Below are positions 1 to 12,770 of a stretch of 64,000 bases of DNA, in pieces. The stretch comes from the human T2T-CHM13v2.0 reference genome, Homo sapiens. The stretch lies in assembly GCF_009914755.1 (NCBI RefSeq), contig NC_060925.1, one strand, 5' to 3'. A model generated the notes under the pieces. That model searched no databases, was not told the DNA's origin, and was given only the letters and a program-made list of their open reading frames with translations. A program made the position numbers and the translations under genes. Position 1 is the stretch's first letter. Every line of letters starts with the position of its first letter.

Positions 1-885
<885 letters not shown>

Positions 886-3314
886 CCCTATGGCATGAAG
901 ACTAATTTGAGGGGAATTCTTTTTAACAAAATAGAACTAAAATCTTTAACATAGAAGATGGAAGTAAGTGGCAGGAATTAAAGCATTCTAAGTTTATTCT
1001 ATTTGATAACAACTAATTAAATCCATGCATTGCATTTGGAGAATTATGGGAGGAGGGGTTTTCTATGCCATGAAGCAATGTTCCGTGAAGCTAATTCTCT
1101 GGTATAAATTTTCAATAAACCTGATGAAAGTGCTATATGCTAATTAGTCTTAAAATGGAAAGAACATTTTTAAACTTAATTAACACTATGTTATTTTTTG
1201 TGGCCTGTTGACAGAGACCAAGTTGTGTGGGAAACTTCCTTTAAGAAAGGTACACTTACTATATATGTTAACTGTGGACTTCCACATTGTGAAAGAGAGG
1301 TCTACTGGAAATAGAATTTTCCTCTAATAAGAAAATATTGTTAGTGCAGAAAGAAGGTAAATTTAGATTGGCTAGGCTCAGAGGAAACAAAGTAGGCATT
1401 CTTTTCATATAAGTACATGAAGAATCCTTTCATAAAGTTATAGTTGCTAGTCTTCTTAGTCACATGGTAAGTACTTAATGATATCCATTTTCGCTATGTT
1501 GGAGATAGAAATGTTGCGTTAAATATGTGAAAGCAAGCTGGAAAATATTTAATTAGTGATGGTATTATTACCTATGGAGAGGAATGTTTCCATCCTATCA
1601 CTGGTGGGACACTTGGAATCACCTGTTTCCTGAACCTCATTTTCATGTTCAATAGCTCAAATATTCTGGTAATCCCATGCCCACTTTGTGAACTTGAGCT
1701 TCGGAAGGGAGGCAGATAGAATGTGAAACAAATGTAGGCACAGCCACGCTACTCAAGAGAAAAGACTCCTGTGAATCCTGTCTCTTCTGAGTCTCCTTAG
1801 TTTTTCTGCCTCTTCTCTGATGCCCAGCTTTCTTGGTAGCTTAGGTGGAAATTTACTTATGAAACATCCCTAAATAGAAAGGTTAAGAGCCTTGATTTTC
1901 CCCAACAGTAATATAGAGCATCCTCATATTTACAGTAAAATTCTTCAGTTCATTTAATTACTTGCATCATTCATGTGGGGCTTTTGTTTGGTTGATTATT
2001 CCTTAGATCTTTCAGTATGCAATGCTTATACAGAACTTTCATTTAAAAAAATGCAAATATGAGGGAATAAGACTGTATCCATAAGTCATATGCCTACAGG
2101 AAACTTATTCTTCAGTGGTGTACCTTAAGTGGAAGTCTCCATTAGTTAAATGCTCCTAATCCATAATCCCCTATTAAGAAAGAGGCTTGTTTTACTTTGT
2201 TTTCAATTTTCAGTTATTATAGATACTATAATAATAAAAAATTTCCCCTCAAAACTTTCAGTTTGGTTTAAATGCTTGATCTTGCTAAGTTTTGACAGGT
2301 TGCAAATTGTTTAATTCAGGTGCTTCAATTCCTGTTAGTTGGATTGACATAAGAGCAGAAGCCAGATTCTCTTCTCTTTGCTGACATGGCCACATAGATG
2401 ATAGGGCCTAGTTTTGCACTCATCTGTTAAACTCCATTAATAATATATTAGTTGACAGTTTTACAAGCTGACCAACTCAGTGTTTTATTTCATTGCTACT
2501 ATACTAACTATACAAAGGAATGCATTGAATAAAAGTGATGACACTTTGAAAGGCAACCACTATTTCAAAAATAATCATTGGAATATATACAGACTCTGTG
2601 GAAGAGTTGAGAGATTATGCCCCTATGCTAATATTTGTTCACATCATTTTTTACTGCATGTGTGGTAATTGTCACCTTGAATCACAAGAAAATGCAGAGG
2701 TTAGGAAATGGTATTCTTGCAAATTTCCTCTGGACAATTTTTAATGAACAGGCATATAAATATTTTGTTTTCTTGAGGAAGAAGAGAAAATGTCCAATTT
2801 ACATAATCTCAATTTCTTTGCTATCTACTCCACTGAAATATCTTTATGTTTTTGCATGATTTGCTACATAGATTAAAGTAAAATCACTAGGAGAAGCAAA
2901 GTATATATTGTAATAGAATGAACAAATATAGCCGTGAACACTGGGCAAGGACTCTTGGCAGCTCTTCCCTGAAAGCTGTGGAGGACCTGCTGTGCGGAGC
3001 CCTAAGGCATTCTGACAGTGAAAAAGCACACTGATAAATAATGTTTTAAAACATTTAATTAATAACTAAGGCCACAGTATGTATCCCTTGTAACTCAGAC
3101 AAGAGAGGTTTTTTTTTTTTTTTTCTTCTTTACTCTGCAGTATTAGCTACTTTCCGAAGAGGTAATATGCAAAAGATATGAGGAAATGCCAATGTCTTTT
3201 TAATTAGTGTTTTTGACTATAAAAACTTTATAAGCATTCCAAAATGAATTATGGGGAGATAGAATGGCAACTCAATAATAATAACAGCAACAACATGATA
3301 CCATTGCATGGAAA

Positions 3315-3522
3315 TACTATAGAGTGTTAAAAGCGCAGGCTCTAGAGTTATACAGGTTTGGAGCGGAAACCTAACTTTGCCAGTGTAAACTCCCTGCATC
3401 TTCTATGTAAAATAGGGATATAATAGGACCTATGCACAGTGCTCTTAGGGCTAACATAGATAATATATGTAAAATACTTAGTGCTTGGCACATAACACTC
3501 AGTATGTCTTAGCTATTCATTA
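3315..3522 (+). mobile_element. MIR SINE
   Basis: gttaaaagcgcaggctctagag...tgtaaaataggg...ataatatatgtaaaatacttagtgcttggcacata match MIR core and 3' end. Confidence 0.8.
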
Positions 3523-3934
3523 TGAGTACTGATATTTTACACAATGCTCCATCTTGAAGAAGAGAGTGACAGAGTATGTTGAGCATTAATGCAAGTATTA
3601 TTTCAGGCTATAAGCCATTAGATGGTCTTTGGTGCAGAAAACCCACAGGCCCCTTTGGATCTGGTATCCATAGAAGGACATACACAAGACTCATGATCCC
3701 CATATTCTTTCATGGTTTCCTCATGGATCCCTTTGACCTTGTTTAAAAAAAAATGTGAGATGCCTTATGAATTCCACCTCAAGCCACAAAACCAAATGTT
3801 CTAAAGTCCTGCTCATACTACAAACATGCCTGCGAATTCCACGCTGGGGTTGTCCTTCTTATTTCTTTCAGATGATGATTTATTTTCACCTATTCCCTTG
3901 TTCTTTCCAGGATAGGTTAATGTGGACTTGTAAA

Positions 3935-4190
3935 TCCAGTCACCTTCCTCAAAGAAGCCTTTTCTGACCACCACAGTCTAAGCTGATGTCCCTCCCATGT
4001 ACTCCCAAAGCATCCTGTGTTTCTTCTGTCTCAGCTCCCTGCCCTGTGACAATTACTCTGTTTTCTTGTTTTGCTTTCCCTTCCAGCCTATAAGCTCTAA
4101 CAAGACAGGCAGCATTGTGTGCCTGCTGCCCACCACAATGTGTGGTATATTGTAGGTGCTTAATAATTTTTATGTGGTTGTTGTTCATGA
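3935..4190 (+). mobile_element. L2 3' end
   Basis: gtcaccttcctcaaagaagccttttctgacc...tataagctct...gtaggtgcttaataa is a typical L2 terminus. Confidence 0.75.
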
Positions 4191-6509
4191 TTGAGAGAGT
4201 GAGCTAGCTGTGCAAGTAGTTATATTCCAATGCCTGTGTCCTTAAGGATATGTATTCTCCTCTGATAGAAATACAGGTGTAAGGGATATGAAGTGAAAAT
4301 TTACATGTAATAGTAATAGTAAAATAAATAAATTAGATGGGATACGGACCCTATCCACTATTATCCCCTTTTAATTTTCACAAAGACTAAATTTTGCCAT
4401 TTGTTCAGGAGATAAAAAAATGTATGAAAATGTGGGCCTTGTTCACACACCCTCTTTGACTTATTCATTTATTTAATTATGTTGTGCACTTGGAAAATGA
4501 CTAAGTTATCTATTTCACATAAGGTAATATAGTTATAAAAGGATTAGAATGTTCACATAGTAAAATAACCAGAAGTAAATCTGTGCACTGTTTTATATTT
4601 TACAGAGCACTTTCATACTATTGTTTCATAATAATAAGTCTTAATATGCACTCAATCTCATTTTCCCCTTAGATTGCCTATTGTTAGCCCAATGAATTTG
4701 GAAAATGACTTCCAGATCCAGAAATTTACCTAACCTTCCCTTACAACCTTGACTCTAATTCTTTTGTTTCTAACCAAAAAACAGCTCAAAGCTCTGTATT
4801 ATGTTGTACCCATTTGACTCCAGCTACTTTCCATTTGGTGGCAACAAGTTTTTTGTTGTTGTTGTTGTTTTGTTTGTTTTGTTTTTTTTAATGTAAGCTT
4901 CAGTCACATAGCTGAACATACCCTCACGTCTTTTCTATCTTACTAATTAACAGTCTTCAAATAATTTTCCCCTTCTTTAATCCTCTACTAATTTGGCAAG
5001 AATGGCTTGGTACCATCTAGGTTTTTCACCCTATTTCAATATACTTGCATTGTGATTGGAAGGCTAATTTGTTCAGGACTTGTACAATGATGAGCTTTTC
5101 TCAAAACAGAAGCAGCAAGCTGCTTCACACCAACGTATACTTGGCCCCTCTCCTGTCAATCCATATGTAGCAGATGCAGATAGAATCTGTTGGTTGGCAC
5201 AAGAAGCTCTGTTGCACATGGCTCCTATTTTTAAGCCTCTGTTGGTATCCATGTGCGGAGAACACGGCTTGTTACTGATGGACTCTGAATCACTCCACAA
5301 GGAACCAAATTCAGAAATCTATGCAAGCAGCCTAAAAATGAAGAACTGCTTAGTGTGTATGTGTGTGTGCCTGTGTGTATGAATATATATTGACCAGGAA
5401 AACATGAATAATTCAGCCCCCTCATACCTAGCCACTAAGATCACAGCACTCTAAATAGAATTGCAATGATTCTATATAAATCATATCAGTCTTGAAAGGT
5501 CCAGTGATTTTACTGACAGATTTTCTCTCACTCCCCACCTTTTTAAACAGTACTATTACAGAGGCACAGATATATGAATTAATGGCTCTTTGATTTTAAA
5601 TAATTGTTGCAAAAGGCCATAAGGGTGGCTTGCTGTAGTATGTCATTTTATGGAGAATAAAGGCCCAAAAGATAATTTCAAAAACATGTTATGTCCTGTC
5701 ATTAATGATAAAAGTGCATTAATTGATTTGGCTGTCATCAAGAGAGAAGTTTGATATGAGATTTTCAAATTGGTTCCTAGACAGTGAGAATCAAGTGATT
5801 ACTTGATTTTTTGTTAGGGGTTCTAGTAATTCCTTACTATAAATTATTTTTTATCACATGAGATACCTTTCAAAGTACACTAAAATTCTAACGAGAATTT
5901 CTGGTAGAGAAAAGACTGTTATTCAAAAAATGTTTCTTTTGCTTAATGTTTTTCTTCCCATACCTGAGCTGACACTTTGTTCTTTTATCTTTATCTCATT
6001 CTTATCTGTTACAATATACACATACCTTGTACGTCCGCCTCCTACTATCCTGTAATAGCTGAATATATTAAGGAAGACCTAAGGTAATTCAGGCCAGTGA
6101 GGGATATGATGAAATAGAATGATTATTTTGGGATAAGGGGCTCAAGAAAGGCTAGAGAGTGGCTAACACAATAAAGAGAAGCTTTTTTTATCATATAGAT
6201 ATGCCACATCAAAAAAAGGTGTATTTTAGTGTCCTCAAAACCTGCTGTAAGTATAATCTCAGACACAATCTTGTCTCGGACTTTGATTTAAGTTTATAAC
6301 TTAGTTTTGGAAAATACTGCCCCATACACTTTATTGTGGGTGTCTGTCAACAACCAATCCCATCCCAAGACCAATGACACCCAGATGGAATTTATCCTCT
6401 GGGTAAAATTTGTTTATTATATATACAAAATAGAATAAAATATAAAATACCAGCATGTATATACAAAATAATGGACAGTATTAGTTTTGTGAAACATTTG
6501 TTTTGGTTA

Positions 6510-6514
<5 letters not shown>

Positions 6515-6542
<28 letters not shown>

Positions 6543-6550
6543 AGTGTGTG
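6515..6550. repeat. (TG)n microsatellite
   Basis: About 14 perfect TG units followed by agtgtgtg. Confidence 0.95.
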
Positions 6551-7519
6551 ACTGGATTATGATTCAGTGGCTCACCCATTTTTCCTTTCAAAAAAGTTTG
6601 AACCTTGCTACCCACAACCTTGCTACTTCTCTGACCTCCCAGTCCCCCAAACACCCTAAGCTTCACCAACTGTAGACAAATGACTAGTTAAGTAGGGTCT
6701 TTTGAGATCACCTCCACTACACTAGGAATTGGTAAGAAGAATATTCCTGCTTCAGGACATCTGAGGGAGAGAGAGATATTGATGGCATGCTCTTTTCTCA
6801 GGCCATGCATAGTTCACCTGTTGAAGATAATCTATGATCAGCCCTATCTTCCCCTAAATCTACCCTCTACCCCTTTCATAGGCAGTTAAGGATAAAAGTT
6901 GAGGTACAACCACTTACATTCTACCTCATGAATACAACAGAGTTTGCTAGAATGTTTGGCTTGTGAGTATGGTGGAAACCTTGCTCTGTGCCACTCTGAG
7001 AAGGGCCTCAGGTACTCATACCAACCAAATTAATTATTATTACTTCCTTTCATGATCCTTGGCTGTGTGACTCACCTTTGCTCTGATCTTTGACTTCTAG
7101 TTCTTATCTCAGGTCCTGCCATTAAACACCTTATTTGGTCATGTTTATCTGAACTGACCCTCAGCCCTGTCTTTAGGACAGAACTTTATATTTAATTTCA
7201 GCCTCTGTGTGCTTTTCACCTTAACACTGTATTCCCCAGGGGAGAGTTGAATCAGCCCTATACAGCATTCTGGAAGGGAAAAGGGGATTAGAAAGATATA
7301 TCTTTCTTGCCATTAGATTGAATCCTAACTCACTTAGCCTCTGCCCCTCACTACCTGTCCACTGATGGAAGAAGTTTTAGAAGGAAAGAGAAACTGACTG
7401 TTAAGAATCAGATTAACTTATGACTGTGCAATCTTTGCTTAGCTAAGTTGCAATATATATTCTCTTCTCTGTTCTATTACCTCCTTTCACTTTTTCTCTC
7501 AGAATAAATTCAAATTAAG

Positions 7520-7960
7520 GCCATCCTAGATCAGGCTTTTCTGGGAGCAGATCTTGAGCCAAGGATTGGGGTGCAGATGATTTTATTGAGGACGTGTTCT
7601 CCAGAGACACCATGAAGGGAATAGGCAGCAGAATAGAGAAGGGGAAAAACCCAGCCCAGCTTTGGTGGTTTTTTTTAGTCCAACTTAGAGTATAAGCCAT
7701 ACCTCAGAATTTGAGAATTTGTTCCCTACTCAGCAAAGGGGCAGGTTGTTTGTGCTCTTACGCCAATTGTTCCTTTAGGAGATCCTTGGGAAGAGAAGGG
7801 CCCAGAAGCAGTAGTGTTAACCTCTGGGCACTTCCCATTTTCCTCCATACCAAAGGCCAGTCTTCAGAGGCAAAGCAGGCAGATGTTGGGGGAGGGCCAC
7901 ACAGAACTTGTAAAAGGGACCTTAAAAGATCTGGAAAGGCACCATGAGTGTTCAGTGCTT
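7520..7960 (-). mobile_element. MaLR solo LTR (MLT1K/L-like)
   Basis: ctgggagcagatcttgagccaaggattggggtgcagatgattttattg...gatctggaaaggcacc resembles the reverse complement of old MLT1 LTRs. Confidence 0.65.
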
Positions 7961-8884
7961 GTTTCTCTAGTCTGAAAAGTGGAAGCCATTTTCTAAAACC
8001 ATGAAAGAATAATTTTTGCTAGGGCTCTGTTTCCAATCCAAAAGAATCATGTTTTCCAATCGCTGATGTCAGGATTAGACAAAAGGTTTGTTGCCTAGAC
8101 CCTGATCAATTCATACTTAATACTACTGAATCCTTATTATGGTTTAGGTACAATTTTAAGGCTACAATATATATTATCTCTTTTAATCCCATTTAATTTA
8201 CTCATCAGTCCAGTATGATACGCATTAGTATGTGGTTGAGCTGGGAAGTCTGACTTCAGGGCCTGTGTTTCCCTACAAAAAAAAAAAAAAAGCATGGATT
8301 CTGCAAAATTAGAAAGGAGAAAATCATGGCTTTCAGGCCCAATTTCTGCAAACAATTCTAAAAAAATAATTTAAAAAATCCTGAACTCAGTGGAATAAGA
8401 ACCCTAAGCCTGTCATTAAGCTGGATTCTAAGATGTGTCAGACATGACTACATGCACAGGGTTTATGAATTGGAGCTATCATAATCAGAATGTCATCTCC
8501 AGTGCTCCGGGATGCTTTTCCCTCCTAAGGGAAGATCTTGTTTTCTGACTAGGCTTCAGTACCGAGATAGCGATCTTCAGAGGTCCCAAGCCTTATAAAG
8601 GTTATGGTGCATCTTCAATGTCAGATTTGAAATAAAAACAATACCAAACTACAAATCAACATAATGAGGCCTAACAATTCTTAGAATGTACTCAAAATGA
8701 TTACTTCTTTCCTCATTTAAAATATATCAAAATCTTTCAGAAATTTATTTTTTCTCCTGTTTTGGCGGGGCAGGGAGAGGTCTTCCGGATTTCTGGTGTC
8801 TTGTGTACTAGCAGAGTCTTGACTGTTGAATAATCATCTCCACCACCTTCCCTTCTCTTGTCCTCACCCTCACCCTTCAGTATA

Positions 8885-9215
8885 CTGTAGTCCTTCCTAA
8901 TCCACCATTCCACAGTCTCAGTTGATTGCAGTCAGCTGCATCCTGAAAATAGGTGAGCGCAGTATATTATGAGAGAGAGAGAGAGAGGGACTACAAGCAC
9001 ACAACTTTCATTACAGTATATTGTTATTGGTATAATTATTCCATTTTATTATGTTTTTGTTTTTAATCTCTTCTGTGCATAATTTATAAATTAAACTTTA
9101 TCGTATGTATATATAGGAAAATATATAGTATGTATAGAGTTCGGTACCATTCGAGGTTTCAAGCATCCACTGAGGGACTTGGAAAGTATCCCCCATGGCT
9201 AAGTGGGAACTACCA
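8885..9215 (+). mobile_element. MER44A (TcMar-Tigger MITE)
   Basis: Degenerate TIRs ctgtagtcc.../...ggaactacca flanked by TA; body gaaaataggtgag...ttacagtatattgtta...ttcggtaccatt...catccactg matches MER44A. Confidence 0.88.
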
Positions 9216-9237
9216 TAAACACACTCTCTCTCTGTCT

Positions 9238-9274
9238 CGCGTGTGTGTGTGTGCGTGTGCACACACACACACAC
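9238..9274. repeat. (GT)n(CA)n alternating purine-pyrimidine tract
   Basis: cgcgtgtgtgtgtgtgcgtgtgcacacacacacacac. Confidence 0.9.
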
Positions 9275-9594
9275 TCACCCAATGTCACCTCAAAAGTTAG
9301 TCACCTTTTTCACCATGTAGTTCATAGCATTTATTAATCTCACATATCACACATAAAAATAATGTTTTCTCTTAGGAATAAGGGAATTTATTTTCTAGAA
9401 ATGAGATTTAAAAGCACATAGGGTTTTCTTTCACCCAGTTGCCTTTCTTTACAAATAGGAAGAGGCATGCTTTTTTTCCCCTTTCTGTGCGATTGTTCTG
9501 TCTGTTGTATGATGCTTTTTGGTATTGCTACAATTTCTACTGCAAACTGAATTTTCCTCCTGTTGCTGCTGGTTTATATTGTTCTCCCCTGCAG

Positions 9595-9631
9595 AATTCC
9601 TTACCTGGTTTACTTCCATCAGCAGCAGTTT
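9595..9631 (+). other. Candidate small cassette exon (37 nt; alternative donor after 9666)
   Basis: 128-nt AG-free pyrimidine-rich zone ending ttctcccctgcAG (9593-9594); donors ttt|GTGAGT at 9632 and act|GTGAGT at 9667. No transcript evidence available. Confidence 0.4.
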
Positions 9632-10159
9632 GTGAGTCTCAGATGATTTGCTGTTTGTATTAAACTGTGAGTTTATATCAAAGAAGCTGTGAATTCATTA
9701 CGAGAAGGCTGTGATTCTTTCCTGAAATTTGGTCTTAGTTACCTGGCTTGTTCTTCATTATTGGTTACTTTTCATTTAGAATTGTATGATATTAACTGTT
9801 TTCTTAAGCTACTGCCTTAAGTGCTGCTTTAGAACATAATGGAATATAATACTTTAACAAAAAATGTATGCATGTAATTATCTTTCCATTAAATTTTTTT
9901 TTCCAAAATATCTTTCAAATGTGGAGTATACATTCTCTCCAGCTTTTCATTTTAGGTATGCTTGTTTTGAAGTTAATGAATTCCTTGAGTTTTAGATAAC
10001 TATTGACAAAACTTTTATATCAGTTCTCTTTATTAACTTATCAAGTTAATTCTGAATCAATGCTGTTTAGTAATACTAGAATGTAAAATGAAGTTGCATT
10101 GTATTTTCTCTGAGAATTCTCTTCTAGAACTGACTTTCCAACATCAGGAGCAAATCTAT

Positions 10160-10345
10160 TAAAGTCACACTATCTTTGTCTTTCTAAGCCTTAGTTTCCC
10201 CCAAGTGCTCAGTGAGAAATAATATAAAAGGCTCCCTTGTGCTGTGTAGACTAATGACAAAAAATTATTGGATTAATGTTTGGAAAGTGTTTCAGAATTC
10301 TCTCAAGAAAGCTATTATGTAAGTAGCAAGTACTATTATTATTTT
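10160..10345 (+). mobile_element. MIR-family fragment (MIRc/MIR3-like)
   Basis: tctaagccttagtttcccc...gtttggaaagtgtttc...tatgtaagtagcaagtactattatt. Confidence 0.5.
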
Positions 10346-11529
10346 GCTATTTCAGCTTCCTTATTTTTCATCTCTCAAAGTCATTTGGGTCATTTACTAC
10401 GGAATTTTCTGATTCCTTGACAATTTCTAATGGCTCTTTGGAGAGGCTTTTGAGGGCTTTTTAGTCCCCCTGTTGATGATCTTTCTGCTTATGGAGTTCA
10501 TGCTTTTTTCACAACACATTAATATTCAGGTTTGAAAAAATAGTTGTAGCTATCTTGTACCTAGATGAAATTGCTTATGTTTTGGAGGAGAAATTTATGA
10601 TCTTGCTTTTCAAATAGGATTTTTTATTTTTTGTAGACTTCCTTTGTGGGGTGGTGAAAATGGAGCTAGGAATGCCAGTTATGAATGATACCCTTTGGAG
10701 AAAATGTAATTGAGCATGGTCCTTAAGTCATCCTATGAAAGCATCCAAATTCTTTATACCTGTAGTTAGGCTATCTTTTTGCTCTCCAGATTAGAGTGAA
10801 AAGTTAGCAATGCTACTTTTTGATTACAGAGCATTTGCTATATTCCCATACATCTATTGTCAAAATTTGTATTTCTCACAATCCCCAAAATTGCGGAATA
10901 GAAAGTGACAACATATTTTCTTACTTCCTGCTTATTTCTTCTAAGCTCCTGTGAATAGGAGGTGGGACGACAGGCTAGTTTTTTTTTTCCATAATATTAT
11001 ATCATCATGAAAATTCTAGAGTGGGAGAGAATGATAAAACTAGTCATTAGGAGTATATTGCTAGTTAGTGGCAAAATTCTATCTGTACAATGATTTAGGG
11101 TTTCATTTAGGATTTATTTTCATATGGAACTCTACTAAATATGGTGCCAAGTAAGTCTGACAGTTTAACATTTTACCTTCAGAAGTGAGGAATATAGAAT
11201 GGGAATATACTCAAGCTCAAGCTTTCTCATCTTGGTAGTTTCCCTAAAAAGTTTTTTTTTATCTGACTGGACAATATTAAGTGCTTTAGTTTTTAAAAAA
11301 GCGAGAAGTACTAAGTCTTTATTCTGATAATTAGCAATTGCAAGGAAATAATTACACATTATTCTACATTTACTCTTCTGTATTTTACTAAGTATATTTT
11401 AAGGTAGACAAATAGCTCCAGTTGATGAGCACTAATGGAGTGTTCTTGCCACAAAATAAGTTGATTCTGTATTTAATCAAGCCATCAGAGCTAACTTCCA
11501 TTTACAGGAAAAATAGAAAATAAAAATAT

Positions 11530-12028
11530 AAACTTAAATAATATTACAAAAAGTATAGGTAAATCCAAAAATGAGCCATTCTCCACAATAAATACACCAA
11601 TTTTTGCTGTAAAGCAATGATGTGGGGAAAACAGGTATCAGGAACAAGGGCCTGCTTTATTTTAAACAACTAAATATAATAGGTAGATCTTGTTTGAATT
11701 CTGATTCAAGTAAACCAACAGTAGAAAGGACATTTTCACAATACATCCAGGGAAATTTGATTATGGAGTGTACCTTGGGAGATGACAGTGAGTTATTATT
11801 AATGTTTTAGGTGTAATAATGGCATCCTAATTGCCTAGGAAAAATGCCATATTCTTAAAAAAGGTATACACTGAAATATGTAAGAGTGAAATGAAAGGAG
11901 GTCTGAGATTTAAAATAGATCATCAAAAGTAAAAAATAGCCAAATCAAATGGAACAAAATCTTGATGGTTGTATGGAGAATCATTACACTTTCTTCTTTT
12001 CTATATTCAGGATAAAATAATTTTTAAG
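11530..12028 (+). mobile_element. Old L1 3' end (L1MC4/5-like)
   Basis: atcttgtttgaattctgattcaagtaaaccaac...ttttaggtgtaataatggcat...tacactgaaatatgtaagagtgaaatga match L1MC 3' UTR. Confidence 0.7.
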
Positions 12029-12208
12029 TGAGGAAAAGAGCGTGTGCTTGAGAAGGCATTTCAGATTTCCGATTTTTTAATTTGTATAACAACAGTGCTG
12101 TTGAATTCTTATCCACTGTCATTACTAATTATTTTCATGAAAAACTGATGAGTTGGATTATCTTCTTTTTCACTTGGGAACATCTGATATGCATGATAGG
12201 TCTCTAAT

Positions 12209-12268
12209 TATCTATCTATCTATTATTTACCTATCTTATCTATCTGTCTATCTATCATCTATCTATCT
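12209..12268. repeat. Degenerate (TCTA)n repeat
   Basis: tatctatctatctattatttacctatcttatctatctgtctatctatcatctatctatct. Confidence 0.85.
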
Positions 12269-12524
12269 TAACAGTTATATTAACACTTTTAATAAATTTA
12301 AAGCAGCATGCACTTAGTAGACGAAATAAGAAACTGACAAACACTCCTTTTCTTCACACTCTCACAGGTTTGTTCTTCTGTCTCTTCTCTCATAGCTTTG
12401 AGTCTTCATCGTTTATTCTGGGAGAGGCCAGGCATTCTCATCCTTGTGTACTTTGGTACATATTAGTCCCTTTGACAAAAATGCAATCTCATTTCTCAAT
12501 AATGAAGGACATTTGTAATCATAT

Positions 12525-12770
12525 TTAAAGCCTCAGTGCAAATACTCGATCATCTGTGAAACTCAACTTGATTCCTTCAGTCTATTTTCTCAGTCTCCAG
12601 TGCTCCTTAGAACAGTTGCCTTTTCTGTTTTTCTGTATGTTCATCTCCCTGCTGAATGATGAGATGACCGAGGACAGGGCAGGTGCGCCATCTCTTCATA
12701 TTTGTATCTTCACTTAGCACAGAGCCTCAAATATATTAGAAACTCTGTAGATATTTATTGAATGAGTGTG
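12525..12770 (+). mobile_element. L2 3' end
   Basis: gaggacagggc...tttgtatcttcacttagcacagagcct...atatttattgaatgagtg. Confidence 0.65.

Noticed and set aside
1460-1480. Strong donor ATG|GTAAGT
   Set aside because: Matches the usual MIR/L2 3' end string (cacatggtaagtacttaat); no upstream acceptor found
5080-5382. 100-aa + strand ORF
   Set aside because: TTG start, ends in a TG repeat, no recognisable homology and no + strand splice context
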